A stretch of 64,000 bases of DNA from Eledone cirrhosa (GCA_964016885.1 OZ024741.1:168330001-168394000); one strand, 5' to 3'. Positions 1-12,577 are shown, counted from the first letter of the stretch. Translations and numbers: made by a program. Notes: generated by a model not told the origin, from the letters alone.

Positions 1-1160
1 ATTTTAAATATTTTTAATATTAATTTATCAAATAGGGTTTTCGAGTCATTTACCGGGGTTGTTTCCTAAGTTTTACTTAACTGCATGTGAGACCTAACTA
101 TATACTTTTGTTTTTGTTTTTTAATTTCCGGTTGATTCTATTTATTTATTTATTTATTAATACTACTGTGCATTCTATTTACTGCCTGGCCCTTACTCAC
201 TCATCCACATATATGTCTGTTTACCAACCTTGTAATTATAAGTAATTATATATTATATTATGTTAATTATTTTATATTGTATTTGTTATTGTACTATCGA
301 TCCTTATTACTTACCGTTGATTATATATAACATTATGATATGTTAAATTTTATATATCATGTAAGAAGTTTATATTTTTGTACCATCATAATTTTGGGCA
401 TTGTACAATTTATATTTTTTCTCACCTACTCTGTAACTCTATATGAATTGATTTGTTAACTTGCATGCCATTATATATTATATATTATATATGTTATTAT
501 ATTATTATAGTATTATTGTGACATCTATATTGTTTGTGTAAATTAACCGGAGATTATCTATTATTATATTATATTATATGGTATATAATTGTATAGTTTA
601 TTATATATTATATGTGCTACTTATAATCATATCATATTATTACCTCATGTATATTAGATATATGTATTATTACTATTATTATTATTTTTATTCCTATCAT
701 GCTTATTTATATTTAAACTCTTAATAAGGTTTAATTTGTGCTGTTAAAGATGGATATGTGTATTGATGTGTGTGTGTGTGTGTGCGTACATATATACATA
801 TATATTGTACCTTTTAATTTTTATTGTAATTTTAATATTGTTACAAGTATATTATATTATATTATATAGTATTATATATAATTCCCGCTCTATATAACCA
901 CCTTTGTTTAGCTCTAGGTTTTTTTTGCTTTGGACTATATTTGTAATATGGTTCTAAATTGTTATACAGTTCCTTAGTGATTTTTATTATATATTTTTAC
1001 CCATAATCTTTCAATACTTTAGTGTATGTACACTCCATATTCTTCGGAGTTTTCGGCTTGTATAGGCCGATAATACTTCTTGTTGTTTTAATTGCCCTGA
1101 TGAGTCCTTAATAGGACGAAACATTGTTGGCTAATAAAGACTTTTGATGTATTGAAGGCT
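1..1160 (+). mobile_element. Non-coding AT-rich PLE-like element, family A (left end truncated by the window), ending in an HHR
   Basis: Homologous in reverse orientation to 11530-12420; carries the HHR at 1091-1135 and is followed by (TA)n. Confidence 0.7.
1091..1135 (+). ncRNA. Minimal type I hammerhead ribozyme, family A; GUU triplet, probably inactive
   Basis: ATTGCC-CTGATGA-GTCC ttaata GGAC-GAAA-C att GT-T-GGCTAAT. The sister copies have GTC at the cleavage triplet. Confidence 0.85.
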
Positions 1161-1176
1161 TCTTTGTTTTACTTTC

Positions 1177-1228
<52 letters not shown>

Positions 1229-1331
1229 AACCCATGCAAGCGTGGAAGATGGACGTTAAACGATGATGATGATGATGATATATATATATCATAAAACATG
1301 TCTATAGAATCACCAAATAAAATATATATAT

Positions 1332-1668
1332 GGAAGCACATGGCTTAGTGGTTAGAGCATTAGCCTTGAAATCGAAATGTTGTGAGTTCAATTCTCAGAC
1401 CAGGTGATGTGTTGTTTCCTTGAGCAAGACACTTTATTTGACATTGCTCCAGTTTACTCAGCTGTAGAAATGAGATGATAGGGACTGGGGTCCCTATCAT
1501 TCCACTGCAAAGTGGTCATGGAGGTGCCATGGCAAAAAAGCACCCAGCACTCACTTTAAATGAGGTGGGTGTTAGGAAGGGCATCCAGCTGTAGAAATCA
1601 AACCAAAATCAGTTCCTGTCTCACCCTTGCCAGCAGGGAAAAGCGGATGTAAAATGAAATGATGATGA
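1332..1668 (+). mobile_element. tRNA-derived CORE-like SINE with RTE-derived tail
   Basis: Box A TGGCTTAGTGG, box B GAGTTCAATTC, CORE-like CCTTGAGCAAGACACTT, RTE 3'-UTR segment, (GAT)n end; near-identical to 9646-9975 and 58325-58663. Confidence 0.85.
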
Positions 1669-1680
1669 TATATGTATATG

Positions 1681-1812
1681 AAGAAAAGGAAAAGAATGAC
1701 TTCACTCGTAGTGTTAACAAATTTTTGACTTCATTTTATAATATTATAATATTATAAAATTAAATCAAACATTTTTTAGCACTACAAGTGAAGTCATTCT
1801 TTTCCTTTTTTT
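1681..1812. repeat. Imperfect palindrome (~62-bp arms) followed by a short unique tail
   Basis: AAAAGGAAAAGAATGACTTCACTCGTAGTG ... CACTACAAGTGAAGTCATTCTTTTCCTTTT. Confidence 0.8.
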
Positions 1813-1851
1813 TAAATATACCTAACTGTACCAAGGATCTCACACATTTTG

Positions 1852-1886
<35 letters not shown>

Positions 1887-1909
1887 GAAAATCTGCTTTT
1901 TAGAATCAA

Positions 1910-2005
1910 GACGTATCTGAGGATCTTGCGATTTTCAGAGTCAGGTTCGATCATCCCGTTGATCGTGCCTCGAGCTGGTCGCCAGAGAAATGATTGTAAT
2001 ATGTC
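1910..2005 (+). ncRNA. Type I hammerhead ribozyme with long stem II, family D
   Basis: GACGTAT-CTGAGGA-TCTTGCGA...TCGCCAGA-GAAA-TGATTGT-A-ATATGTC; 7-bp stem I, GUA triplet; lies in a ~170-bp island between (TA)n tracts. Confidence 0.8.
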
Positions 2006-2047
2006 CAAAAAATTCCATTCGTCGCAATACTGATTCTCTTTTTTTCT

Positions 2048-2104
<57 letters not shown>

Positions 2105-2142
2105 TTATATATATATATATAAGTATATATATCTATCAATCT

Positions 2143-2395
2143 AACCCATGCTAGCATGGAAGAACAGACGTAAAACGGTGATGATATATATATATGTATA
2201 TACATATGTATATAAATATATATATATATATATATTATAAATGTGGTTGGTGTTAGGAAGGGCATCCAGCTGTAGAAAACCCGCCAGACAGTCCTATGCG
2301 AGCAAGACAACCGCTCTTGCCTCAAGTGGGAATACTCGCGTCCAAACCCATGCAAGCATGGAACATGGACGTTAAACGATGATGATGATGATGAT
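2143..2395 (+). mobile_element. RTE 3'-tail fragments (two)
   Basis: AACCCATGCTAGCATGGAAG...GACGT(T/A)AAACG(GAT)n, matching the 3' end of the RTE at 51186-54520. Confidence 0.8.
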
Positions 2396-2443
2396 TATAA
2401 AATAACAAGAGGCTGGACTGGTGTAATTCCTTCAAGGTTTATT

Positions 2444-2501
2444 ATACTATGAACATTTCAATGACCGGGTTCAGTATGAATCCGGTGACATCATCAGGTA
2501 T
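2444..2501 (-). ncRNA. Hammerhead ribozyme, family B (left arm)
   Basis: Reverse complement reads ATAC-CTGATGA-TGTCACCGGATTC atact GAACCCGGTCATT-GAAA-TGTTCAT-A-GTAT. Confidence 0.75.
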
Positions 2502-2672
2502 TCGAAATTTAACAAAGGAATATAATAGACACAATCCATGGTGTTGAAAAGGCAGAGAGACAAGAGGGTGGCCAAACATTTAGCAGTTTCCAGTCCGGTT
2601 GGCCGCCCTTTCATCTCTCGGCCTTTTCAGCCTCATGGATTGTGTCTATTAAATTCCTTTGTTAAATTTCGA

Positions 2673-2730
2673 ATACCTGATGATGTCACCAGATTCACAC
2701 TGAACCCAGTCATTGAAATGTTCATAGTAT
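2673..2730 (+). ncRNA. Hammerhead ribozyme, family B (right arm)
   Basis: ATAC-CTGATGA-long stem II-GAAA-TGTTCAT-A-GTAT; AUA triplet. Confidence 0.75.
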
Positions 2731-3659
2731 AATAAACCTTTAACGAATTACACCAGTCCAGCCTCTTGTTATTTTATAACAATTAACTCCGTACTCGCAC
2801 CACCAACAACAAACGAAGACGGGTGAGTTGCATTACGTCGAGTGCTCTCCCTAATATTACATCGAGGTTGACTATATGAAATTACCAGTTCTTGCCAGTG
2901 GTGAACCAACAAACCTAAATGAATATATATATATATATATATATATCATCATTATCATTTTTAAAAACATTTTCTACTCTATTATAGTATGTAATATATA
3001 TATATACATATAAAAAGGAGAAAGCTCATTGGTAGAACAGCCATTATAATAGCCAAATGTTGTCAAAGATTGCGATGGGCAAAAATACTTTAGAGGACAG
3101 AAACCAGCTGTGAGTGGTTAACAGTGAGACAATCCTCGAGGAGGATTGTCAGGTAGACAGAATACAGAAAAGATTGAAAGAGGAAGTAACAAGGAGAAGT
3201 GTGCCGGCGCATAGATGTGACTGGAAGAAGGAAATAAAGAAAGGCGATATACAAAACAAGTCCACACACACACATCTTCACCATCATCATCACCTCTCTA
3301 ACCAGCAATATATATATATATATAAATTCAATTAAGTTCATATGGTTTATGTAGGAAAGTTATCTGAGTTTTTGAATATGATCATTAACTGAGACAAAAA
3401 TAAAGTGTGTTCTCTCTCTCTCTTCCCCCTCTCTCTCCTCTCTCTTTTATCAGTGCTGAAATGTCACACAGGGCTTATGAACTTATTCCAACTCACGATC
3501 TTCCTGATTTTACTGTTGACTAGTCTAATCTATTTAATATAACAATAGCTAGCCCCATGGAAATTTCCCCATTTAATTAGAAACAGCCACCAAGTATTAA
3601 AGATCAATGTTTTATTCATAAGTTATCTATACACACACAAATGATATTATTGCTTGGGA

Positions 3660-4280
3660 TCATCATCATCATCTCTTAATGTCCATTTTGACACTAGCAT
3701 GGGTTAGATGAGTTGTCCCATTTGAGACAACCTGGGTTAGGTAACCGTTTCTTGAACATACAGAACTGTTTCTGGCTTGGTTTCTACAGCTGGATGTCCT
3801 TCCTAACACCAACTACATTTACAGTATGGGCTGGATGTTTTTTGACGTGTCTCCTACACAACCAATTTACAGTGTGGGCTGGGCACTTTTTGTTGTGACA
3901 CCTAAATGACTTTTTTACATTGTGGGCTGGAAGTTTTTTCCCGTGACACCTACACAACCACTTTACATTGTGGGCTGGAAGCTTTCTGTCATGTTGCCAA
4001 CATGACCACTTAACAGTGTGGGCTGGATGCTTTTTGTTGTATCACTTACAGCAGGCATGTCAAACTGAAGGTCTCCCGAGGGCCACAGGGGTCACATATA
4101 TGTTGGCTGAGGGCCACACACGACAACTATTTGTGCACATTACAATTAATTTTTTTATTTTATATTACAAAGATAAAACATGCTTGTGCTGTAAAAACCT
4201 TTGTGAGGGCCATAGGTGTGCTTGTAAAGGCCCGCATGTTTGACATGCCTGACTTACACGACCACTTTACAGTGTGTAGA
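3660..4280 (-). mobile_element. RTE 3'-UTR with an expanded array of ~43-bp tandem units, interrupted by a MITE
   Basis: (CAT)n tail then about 6 units resembling ACCACTTTACAGTGTGGGCTGGGTGCTTTTT. Confidence 0.8.
4052..4251. mobile_element. hAT (Charlie/Buster-like) MITE
   Basis: 14-bp TIRs CAGGCATGTCAAAC...GTTTGACATGCCTG; 8-bp TSD ACTTACAG/ACTTACAC; second copy at 56960. Confidence 0.9.
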
Positions 4281-5750
4281 CTGAGTGCTAAAAAAAGTAA
4301 AGTATGCAAGGAACCAGACTGAATACTGCAAATCCTTCTATCCGATGTTTTAATAACTCTGCTACTTCGCTAAACTACGTTTATGGTGGTCTATTGATTG
4401 ACAATTAATCACAATAAAACACCAATTCTTAACTCAATAAGAAATCAATTTCCTACCTTTTTCGAACCATCTACTCAAACTAAAAAACAAAATGCAGATA
4501 TATATAGAACTTCACTTCCATGCTTATTTCTATGTTCATGTTAATCCACACACACATACACACTAGGCAGTGAGTTAGCAGTGTTGTTAGAACATTAGAT
4601 AGAATGCATTGCAGTCTGTACTCTGTGTTCAAATCCTGCTGAGTCCAACTTCGCCTTTCAAGGTTAATAAATAAAGTACCAGTTAAATACTTAGGTAGTT
4701 CCTTCTTCCTTCTTCCTCCTCTTTCTCTATCATCATCATCACCACTGTTTTACATCAATTTTTCCATTCTAGCATAGGTTAGACGAATTGTCCTGTTGTG
4801 GGCAATGCTAGGTCAGCTGACCATGTCTTGCACATACATCTATCTCTAAAAGAAATCATCTATATTCAGGGCTCATGGATGGATGGACATAATCTCACCA
4901 GATTGAATATACCCCTTATGACTCAATGAAAAAAAATGAGACTGATATTTGAATTGTAGTGGTCCAAATGCAAATGACCATATATAATAATAATCAATCA
5001 CTATAAAAATTAGTTTAGAAAATTTAGGAAAGTATCCCTAGATATGTAAAAAAAATGGACTGCATAGAATCAAACCCTAAGGGATGTAAAAAATGCCTGC
5101 ATAGAATCAAACCCTAGGTCTCTCAAAAGAGCCACAAGCCCCCGATTCTGTCTTATTTTAGAAGATTCGAAGCCTGTAGCTAGAAATGTAAACAATAGTT
5201 GAATTATAAAGCATTCATAAAATTTAAAATTGGAAATGTGTGTAATGGTAGTGCCCCAGCATGGCCTCAGCCAGTCAGCTGGAACATGTAATAGAGTAAT
5301 AGAGATTCCAAAACAAATGACCATAGTAAACAAAGTCAATCACTATAAATAATAGTTGAGAAAATTGGGTAAAATACACCTGGAAACAAAAATATTGACA
5401 GAAGTACCAATGAGAAATGGAACTCTGTATTTCTTAGATACTGTTTTTTATCTTAAATTCATCTTATTTACTTATCTAATTTATTTAATGTATTTACTCC
5501 TATATAATGTGATAATACTTCTATCTCATTTTTAGATTTTTTAATTAAAAATTAACTCTATGGTGCATGTATATAAAAATAATCTTTTTCAGTATTGCTT
5601 GTGCTTTATCGTTGTTCACTAATTGAGGTTTAGTTATTTCTATTATTATGTCTTTATTTTCTGATTACTTATTTCATTTTATATTAAATTTATTTATATG
5701 ATTTGTAAGTGTGTGCATGTCTATGTATGAATGTATATGATTGTCTGTCA

Positions 5751-5844
<94 letters not shown>

Positions 5845-5849
<5 letters not shown>

Positions 5850-6085
5850 AGTATGTATGTATACGTACGGCGTAAATCAGGCTGTTCGTTTGTTTACAAA
5901 CGAACAAAGCGAACATTATAATAAATGTTCGGTAAACTGATACGTGCATATATATATGTGTGCCTGTATGTATATATATATATATATACATGCTACTGTA
6001 CGTCTGTATACATATATGTATGTACGTATACATACATACTTACATTTAAGTAAGTGCCGTACTAAGAGTGAGAAATGAAATTTCG
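5845..6085 (+). mobile_element. Short copy of family C foldback element, lacking the HHR
   Basis: Matches 11200-11408; ~24-nt 5' inverted segment ATGTAAGTATGTATGTATACGTAC / GTACGTATACATACATACTTACAT. Confidence 0.8.
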
Positions 6086-6094
6086 TTTCATTCT

Positions 6095-6151
<57 letters not shown>

Positions 6152-6344
6152 TAGTTTTGCGAGGTTTAAGATATGAAATTGTGTGTCGAAACAAATATTG
6201 TTATACTTGGGAAGGGTCATATTGTTGTAATAATATTGCCAGAATTAATAACAGAACACACTCTCTGTTTGGTTGGTTTTCGCTTCTGTATCTTTTATAT
6301 CAGTTAATTTAATTTATTAATAGGAAATGTATTATATGTAAAGT

Positions 6345-6866
6345 AAAATCAGTTACTCTTGCTGTCCATCAATGAAGTCTAAAATTACCAACTCTAATCG
6401 TACGAGAGTAAATCCAGGATGCAGTTGCAGGAAGCCGGAAGAATGTCCATTACAGGGCAAATGTAATACTAAAGCCGTTGTGTATGAGGCCAAATTGACA
6501 CCGTTGATTAACAACCAGCCAGCCAAGAGTGAACGATATGTTGGCATGATTCAGGACAGGTTCAAAACCAGGTTTCATGCACATGTCGCTTCTTTTAAAC
6601 ACTGTGATAAAAGAACAGCAACGGCTCTCGCAAATATCGATTCGTCTATTTTCGATTCGTCTATTTTGGACCATTCTAGAGAATACCAAAGGGGCACAAA
6701 GAATTGGTATTTGTGCACCACGGAAAAATTTAGAATTCTCCAAAATTTGAAAGCCATTTCCACTTGCCTTAACTCCACGACTGAGATCTTCAGATGTTGT
6801 CCTCATCTGAAATCACATCTACTTTGTAACTGGATTGACATTCCTACGATGACTCAACCACCTTGA
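6345..6866 (+). pseudogene. PLE GIY-YIG endonuclease remnant (CxCx5C linker, Naiad-like)
   Basis: CSCRKPEECPLQGKCNTKAVVYEA...RYVG...FKTRFHAHVASF...LCTTEK...LNS..E...CPH; no upstream RT is retained. Confidence 0.85.
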
Positions 6867-7161
6867 ACTCTTCTTTACTCATTACGCCTTACATCCACTA
6901 CGATTATTTTTACTCTCTGAATTCACATTCTGTACCCATATATTCTTTTTCTCCCTCATCTCCTCTTATATTTATATTTTTTTTCCTATGTTATTTAATT
7001 TTCCTACCCCCCCCCCCCACTTTCTACCTTATCCATTACACACCCACCTTTTTTATATATAGATCTTTATTTTTGTGTGTATGTATGTATATGTATGTAT
7101 GTGTTTGTATGTATGTGTATATATGTGTGTATGTATATATATATATTTATATATGTATATG

Positions 7162-7947
7162 TGAAGAGGCGGACTTTCAGGTCTCTACAAAGGTCCGACT
7201 TCCACACCGATCTCAAGCTGTGGCACGCCGCCCAGGCCTTGCTCTTCCTCTCAACCACATCATCCTCCGTATTCCCAATCTTTGCTCCCAAATACAGGAA
7301 GCCCTCAACCAATTCTAGCGGCTTCCCGCCTACATTAGTGATCCCCTCTGGCTTCTCAACATTCTCTACCAGATATTTTGTTTTAGTCTCATTCATTCTC
7401 AGCCCCACACTCATCGACACAGTCTCAACCTCCCGCATCAAATCCTCTGCCTCCTTCACTGTATTTGTCACCAAAACTATGTCGTTTTGTAGAGACCTGA
7501 AAGTCCGCCTCTTCATTGCTGTAGTGGAGTCTGTGCTGCTGCATGGGTCTGAGACTTGGACACTGACCAAGAAACTCACTCAGATGGTGGATGGGTGCTA
7601 CACGAGAATGTTGAGGATGGCTCTGAACATTAATCAGTATACACTGAGGATGAAAAACTCAGAGCTGTATGGGAGCCTCCCAAAAGTCAGCTCAAAAGTG
7701 ACACAGAGGAAACTGAGGTTAGCTGGACATGCTCACCGACATTGCACTCAGTGCTCCTTTGGGAGCCCCTACATGGACACACTAGAAGATGAAGACCAAG
7801 GTTAACGTATGTTGATGCCCTAAGGACAGACATTGGTCTGTTGGAGACGCAGGACATGGTAGCGATAATGAGGGACAGAGACCGCTGGAGAGAACTCGTC
7901 CATGGATCTCGGGAATTTTACCCGCCTTAAATAGATAGATAGATAGA
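7162..7947 (+). mobile_element. RTE-type LINE 3' fragment with a 5' inversion and (TAGA)n tail
   Basis: 7162-7485 encodes DIVLVTN...GLRMNETKTKYL...FLYLG on the minus strand; 7486-7930 encodes VESVLLHGSETWTL...LRLAGH on the plus strand. Confidence 0.85.
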
Positions 7948-8282
7948 TATGTATATGTATATCTGTATATATATTTATATATGTGCTTTTGTGAGTGTGT
8001 AATTATTGTGCGTGAATATGCACATTTTTGTTTATATGTTTGTATGTATGCATATTTATTTATATATATATATATATGTATGTGTATGTATGTATATATA
8101 TATATATGTATATATATATATGTGTGTGTGTGTATGTGTATATATAATTATATACAAAGATATTAAACATTTAATATCATATTTACTCCAGGAATTAATT
8201 GAGTGCTCTACTTCAGTTATAAACATTTATATTTTTATTTATATTTGTCGTATTTCCAATCCTTTGAATACCCCTTCCACCT

Positions 8283-8388
<106 letters not shown>

Positions 8389-8659
8389 TTATGTGTATAT
8401 ATGTGTTGTGTGTATGTATGTATATTTTTTATATATAAGTATTAATTTATATATATGTGTGTATGTGGTTGTATGTATTTTTTCTCATGTATATGCGTGT
8501 GTGAATGTATTTATTTATATATTTTTATATTTAAATATTTTTTGATGTATGTATATACACCTACATTTGTATATATGTACCTATACGTGTGGTTGAGAGT
8601 ATATGCGCGCGTACGTGTGTGTATGAATGTGAGTGTGTACATGTGTGTATATGTGTGTG

Positions 8660-8690
<31 letters not shown>

Positions 8691-8869
8691 ATGTGTGTGT
8701 GTATATGTATTTGTATGTATATACTTATCTGTGTATATGTTTGTATTGTATATATACTTGTGTGTATATATTTCTATGTATTTGTTTATGTATGTGTGTG
8801 TATATATGTATTTATATGTGTGTGTGTGTGTATATGCGTATATATATATACATATATATATATATGTAT

Positions 8870-9196
8870 CCCACTACCCCCACCCCATCCACATCACCCC
8901 CTTAAATGTGAAGTTATGTTGGTACCACAACATCCAGTCCGAAACAAATGAGGTCGTGTAGGTTTCACGATAAAAAACACACAGTCCACGCTGTAATGTG
9001 GCTGTGTAGGTAACACGGTAAAAACCTCCCAGTCCACACTGTAAACGTGGTTGGTGTTAGGAAGGGCATCCAGCTGTAGAAAACCCGCCAAACAGTCCTA
9101 TACGAGCAAGACAACCAATCTTGCTTCAAGTGGGACAATTCCCGTCCAGACCCATGCTAGCATGGAAAATGGACGTTAAACGATGATGATGATGAT
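8870..9196 (+). mobile_element. RTE 3'-UTR fragment
   Basis: Tandem units plus GTTAGGAAGGGCATCCAGCTGTAG and a (GAT)n tail; closely matches 19900-20330. Confidence 0.8.
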
Positions 9197-9223
9197 GTAT
9201 ATATATATATACATACATATATG

Positions 9224-9273
<50 letters not shown>

Positions 9274-9645
9274 TATGTATACATATATAGATATACATAC
9301 ATATACATACACACACATACTCTCACTCTTGCTAGTAGGAAAAACCTGAGGTTAACTGATGAATGATATATATATATACACACAGAGGAGGGGGTATATA
9401 TATATATATATATATATTTATTTTGTGCTTTTGCTTACCACGTGTGTTTGTTTATTTATTTTTATTTGTATTTTTTTTCCTCTTTTGTATCGCTGTCAAC
9501 TTGCTAATTTTTTATTTTTTATTTTTATTTCTTTATTTTTTTAATTTGACTTTATTTTTTACTTTTATTTATTGATTTCTTGTATATGTATTTTGTCTTT
9601 GTATGGTGATGTGAGTGCACATGGTCGTTTATTTATTTTTATATA

Positions 9646-9974
9646 TGGCTTAGTGGTTAGAGCATTGGCCTTGCAATCGAAAGGTTGTAAGTTCAATTCT
9701 CAGACCGGGTAATGTGTTGTTTCCTTGAGCAAGACACTTTATTTCATTGCCCCAGTTTACTCAGCTGTAGAAATGAGATGATAGGGACTGGGGTCCATAT
9801 CATTCCACTGCAAAGTGGTTGTGGAGGTGCCATGGCAAAAAAGCACCCAGCACTCACTGTAAATGAGGTTGGTGTTAGGAAGGGCATCCAGCTGTAGAAA
9901 TCAAGCCAGCATCAGTTCTCGTCCCACCCTTGCAAGCAGGAAAAAAGCGGACGTAAAATGAAATGATGATGATG

Positions 9975-9975
<1 letters not shown>
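9646..9975 (+). mobile_element. tRNA-CORE SINE
   Basis: Same family as 1332-1668. Confidence 0.85.
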
Positions 9976-9995
<20 letters not shown>

Positions 9996-10005
<10 letters not shown>

Positions 10006-10566
10006 TGAGTCCTTCATCAGTGACCCTCCAACCGTCCTAGGCATTTCATCGCTTTAAGGGCCATATACCTCAGGTTGGTGCGAACAACGGCTAAAAAAAG
10101 TCGTTGGGACACGTAAATAAAGAGAACGTTAGGGTGAACAAACAAAATGGTTTAGGCAACAGTCTCTCTCTCTCTCGTCTGCGTCTTCACAGAACTTATG
10201 TTTACCGAATTCGCAGACCAGACCCCTTCTTCTTCCTCCCGTTAGACCTGTGCGAAATTCCTTCCTTGCTCACATTTCAACCAGGTCTGATGGTCTTTAT
10301 TCTCTAGTTCACGATTTTATCGAGTTTATATTCATAGAAATCTGGGACTTGTCTCTTTCTTCTCACTTTCTGTTGCCTAAACCATTTTGTTTGTTCACCC
10401 TAACGTTCTCTTTATTTACGTGTCCCAACGACTTTTTTTAGCCGTTGTTCGCACCAACCTGAGGTATATGGCCCTTAAAGCGATGAAATGCCTAGGACGG
10501 TTGGAGGGTCACTGATGAAGGACTCACTTTTTTATATGTAACCCATTTGCAACGCCGCAGCTCCAT

Positions 10567-10570
<4 letters not shown>
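9996..10570 (+). mobile_element. Foldback element: ~165-bp near-perfect inverted arms, ~207-bp spacer, ~30-bp tail
   Basis: 9996-10162 is the reverse complement of 10370-10537; bounded by (TA)n on both sides. Confidence 0.85.
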
Positions 10571-10627
<57 letters not shown>

Positions 10628-10837
10628 TGTAAGTATGTATGTATACGCACATACATATATGTATACAGACGTACAGTAGTATGTATATATATACACACAT
10701 ATATATATGTACGTATGGGTTTACCGAACATTTATTATAATGTTCAGTTTATTTGTAAAACAAACAAACAGCCCGAATTACACCGTACAGTGTTCAGGCA
10801 ACCATCGTCGCCTTTTTGTTAAACACTGACACAGGAA

Positions 10838-10878
10838 CGATGTACTAGTTTCAAGCTTATTAGTTATCGTCAGCATCG
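10838..10878 (-). ncRNA. Minimal hammerhead ribozyme, family C
   Basis: Reverse complement reads CGATG-CTGACGA-TAACT aata AGCTT-GAAA-CTAGT-A-CATCG; palindromic stem III ACTAGT, GUA triplet. Confidence 0.8.
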
Positions 10879-11104
10879 TATACCTTCCTGTCAGATGATT
10901 GAACATCTGAAAGTATATACTTTCCTTATGCATATTAACGGCTGAGCAGCCTAATTTGCATATCGAGTGAGTTAGTCGGCCGGGCGCACCGAAAACGATA
11001 AATGGAAAAGAATGAAACGATATGCAAATTAGGCTGCTCAGACGTTAATATAGATAAGGAAAGTATATACTTTCAGACGTACAATCATCTGACAGGAAGG
11101 TATA

Positions 11105-11153
11105 CGATGCTGACAATAGCTAATAAGCTAATAAGCTTGAAACTAGTACATCG
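11105..11153 (+). ncRNA. Hammerhead ribozyme, family C, mutated (G8A core change, 8-nt duplication in stem II)
   Basis: CGATG-CTGACAA-TAGCTAATAAGCTAATAAGCTT-GAAA-CTAGT-A-CATCG. Confidence 0.7.
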
Positions 11154-11576
11154 TTCTTGTGTCAGTGTTGAACAAAAAGGTGACCTTGTTGACTGAACAC
11201 TGTACGGCGTAATTCGGGCTGTTTGTTTGTTTTACAAACAAATCGAACATTATAATAAATGTTCGGTAAACCCATACGTACATATATATATGTGTGCATG
11301 TATGTATATATATACATACTACTGTACATCTGTATACATATATGTATGTGCGTATACATACATACTTACACTTAAGTATCAGCCGTACTAAGAGTGAGAA
11401 ATGAAATATATATATATATATTTATATTTAAGGATTAGAATACTGGAGCGTGTTGGAGTCAAACACCCTCTTCGTATTATAGAAATGACAGTAAAAGGTA
11501 TAGCTCAATGCAGTTAAACAGAGCCAAAAAATTAAGAGAGTAAAACAAAGAATCCTTTAATACATCAAAAGTTTTT

Positions 11577-11621
11577 ATTAGCCGACAATGTTTCGTCCTA
11601 TTAAGGACTCATCAGGGCAAT
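11577..11621 (-). ncRNA. Minimal hammerhead ribozyme, family A, intact (GUC)
   Basis: Reverse complement reads ATTGCC-CTGATGA-GTCCTTAATAGGAC-GAAA-CATTGT-C-GGCTAAT. Confidence 0.92.
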
Positions 11622-12532
11622 CAAAACAACAAGAGGTATTATCGGCAGATACAAGCCGGAAACTCTGAAGAATATGGAGTGTACATACACTAAAGTCTTA
11701 CAAAAATATATGATAATAAAAATGAAAATAAAAATAAAAAAATAATAAAAATATATAATAAGAATAACTAAGGATGTAGATAACATTAAGAACCATATTA
11801 CAAAGCAACTAACCTAAATCTAAACAAATTTGGTTATATAGAGCAGGAATTATATATAACACAATATAATACATTATAATAATAATATACTTTTACCAAC
11901 ATTAAAATTACAAATTAAAAATCAAAAGGTACAATATATACATGTATATATGTGCGCACACACACACACACACACACACATATATAACAACACACACATC
12001 TATGTTCCACTACACAAAATTAAGCCCTATTAGAAGTTTGAATGTAAAAATAAGCATGATAAGAATGAAAATAATACTAATACATCTACCCAATATACAT
12101 GAGGCAATAATATGATATAATTACAAGAAACACATATAACAAATAATAAACAACAAAATTATATAATTCAATATAATATAATAAAATAGATAATCCCCGG
12201 TTAATTTACAGAAACAATATAGATGCCACAATAAAATACAATGATAATACGTTAACAGTGTACTAACATTTACCATAAACAATGTATACAAATCGATTCA
12301 TACTGGGTTACAGAATAAATGAGGAAAAATAAATTATATAATACTCAAAAAAACACTATAATGGTACAGGGAAAAATTATGATGTTACAGAAAAAGAAAT
12401 ATACAGACATCTTACATTATTTTTATTTTCATTTTTATTATCATATATTTTTGTAAGACTTTAGTGTATGTACACTCCATATTCTTCAGAGTTTCCGGCT
12501 TGTACCTGCCGATATTACCTCTTGTTGTTTTG

Positions 12533-12577
12533 ATTGCCCTGATGAGTCCTTAATAGGACGAAACATTGTCGGCTAAT
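12533..12577 (+). ncRNA. Minimal hammerhead ribozyme, family A, intact (GUC)
   Basis: Canonical core CTGATGA/GAAA, G-C closed stem II, GTC triplet. Confidence 0.92.

Larger units (their letters stand above)
2395..2925 (+). mobile_element. Foldback element, family B: ~385-bp hairpin plus ~140-bp tail
   Basis: 2395-2540 is inverted relative to 2633-2780, and the inner part is also self-complementary; the tail 2790-2925 is homologous to the reverse complement of 39385-39515. Confidence 0.85.
10626..11408 (+). mobile_element. Foldback element, family C: ~340-bp inverted arms, ~50-bp spacer, short tail
   Basis: 10626-10965 is inverted relative to 11018-11372; each arm holds an HHR motif; (TA)n flanks. 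Confidence 0.9.

Noticed and set aside
1340-1400. tRNA-like sequences at SINE heads
   Set aside because: No acceptor stem closure, and they continue into SINE bodies; not tRNA genes.
3790-4280. Regularly spaced repeats with variable linkers, superficially CRISPR-like (also 50320-50620)
   Set aside because: The linkers are homologous to each other, the array is the RTE 3'-UTR, there are no cas genes, and the context is eukaryotic.
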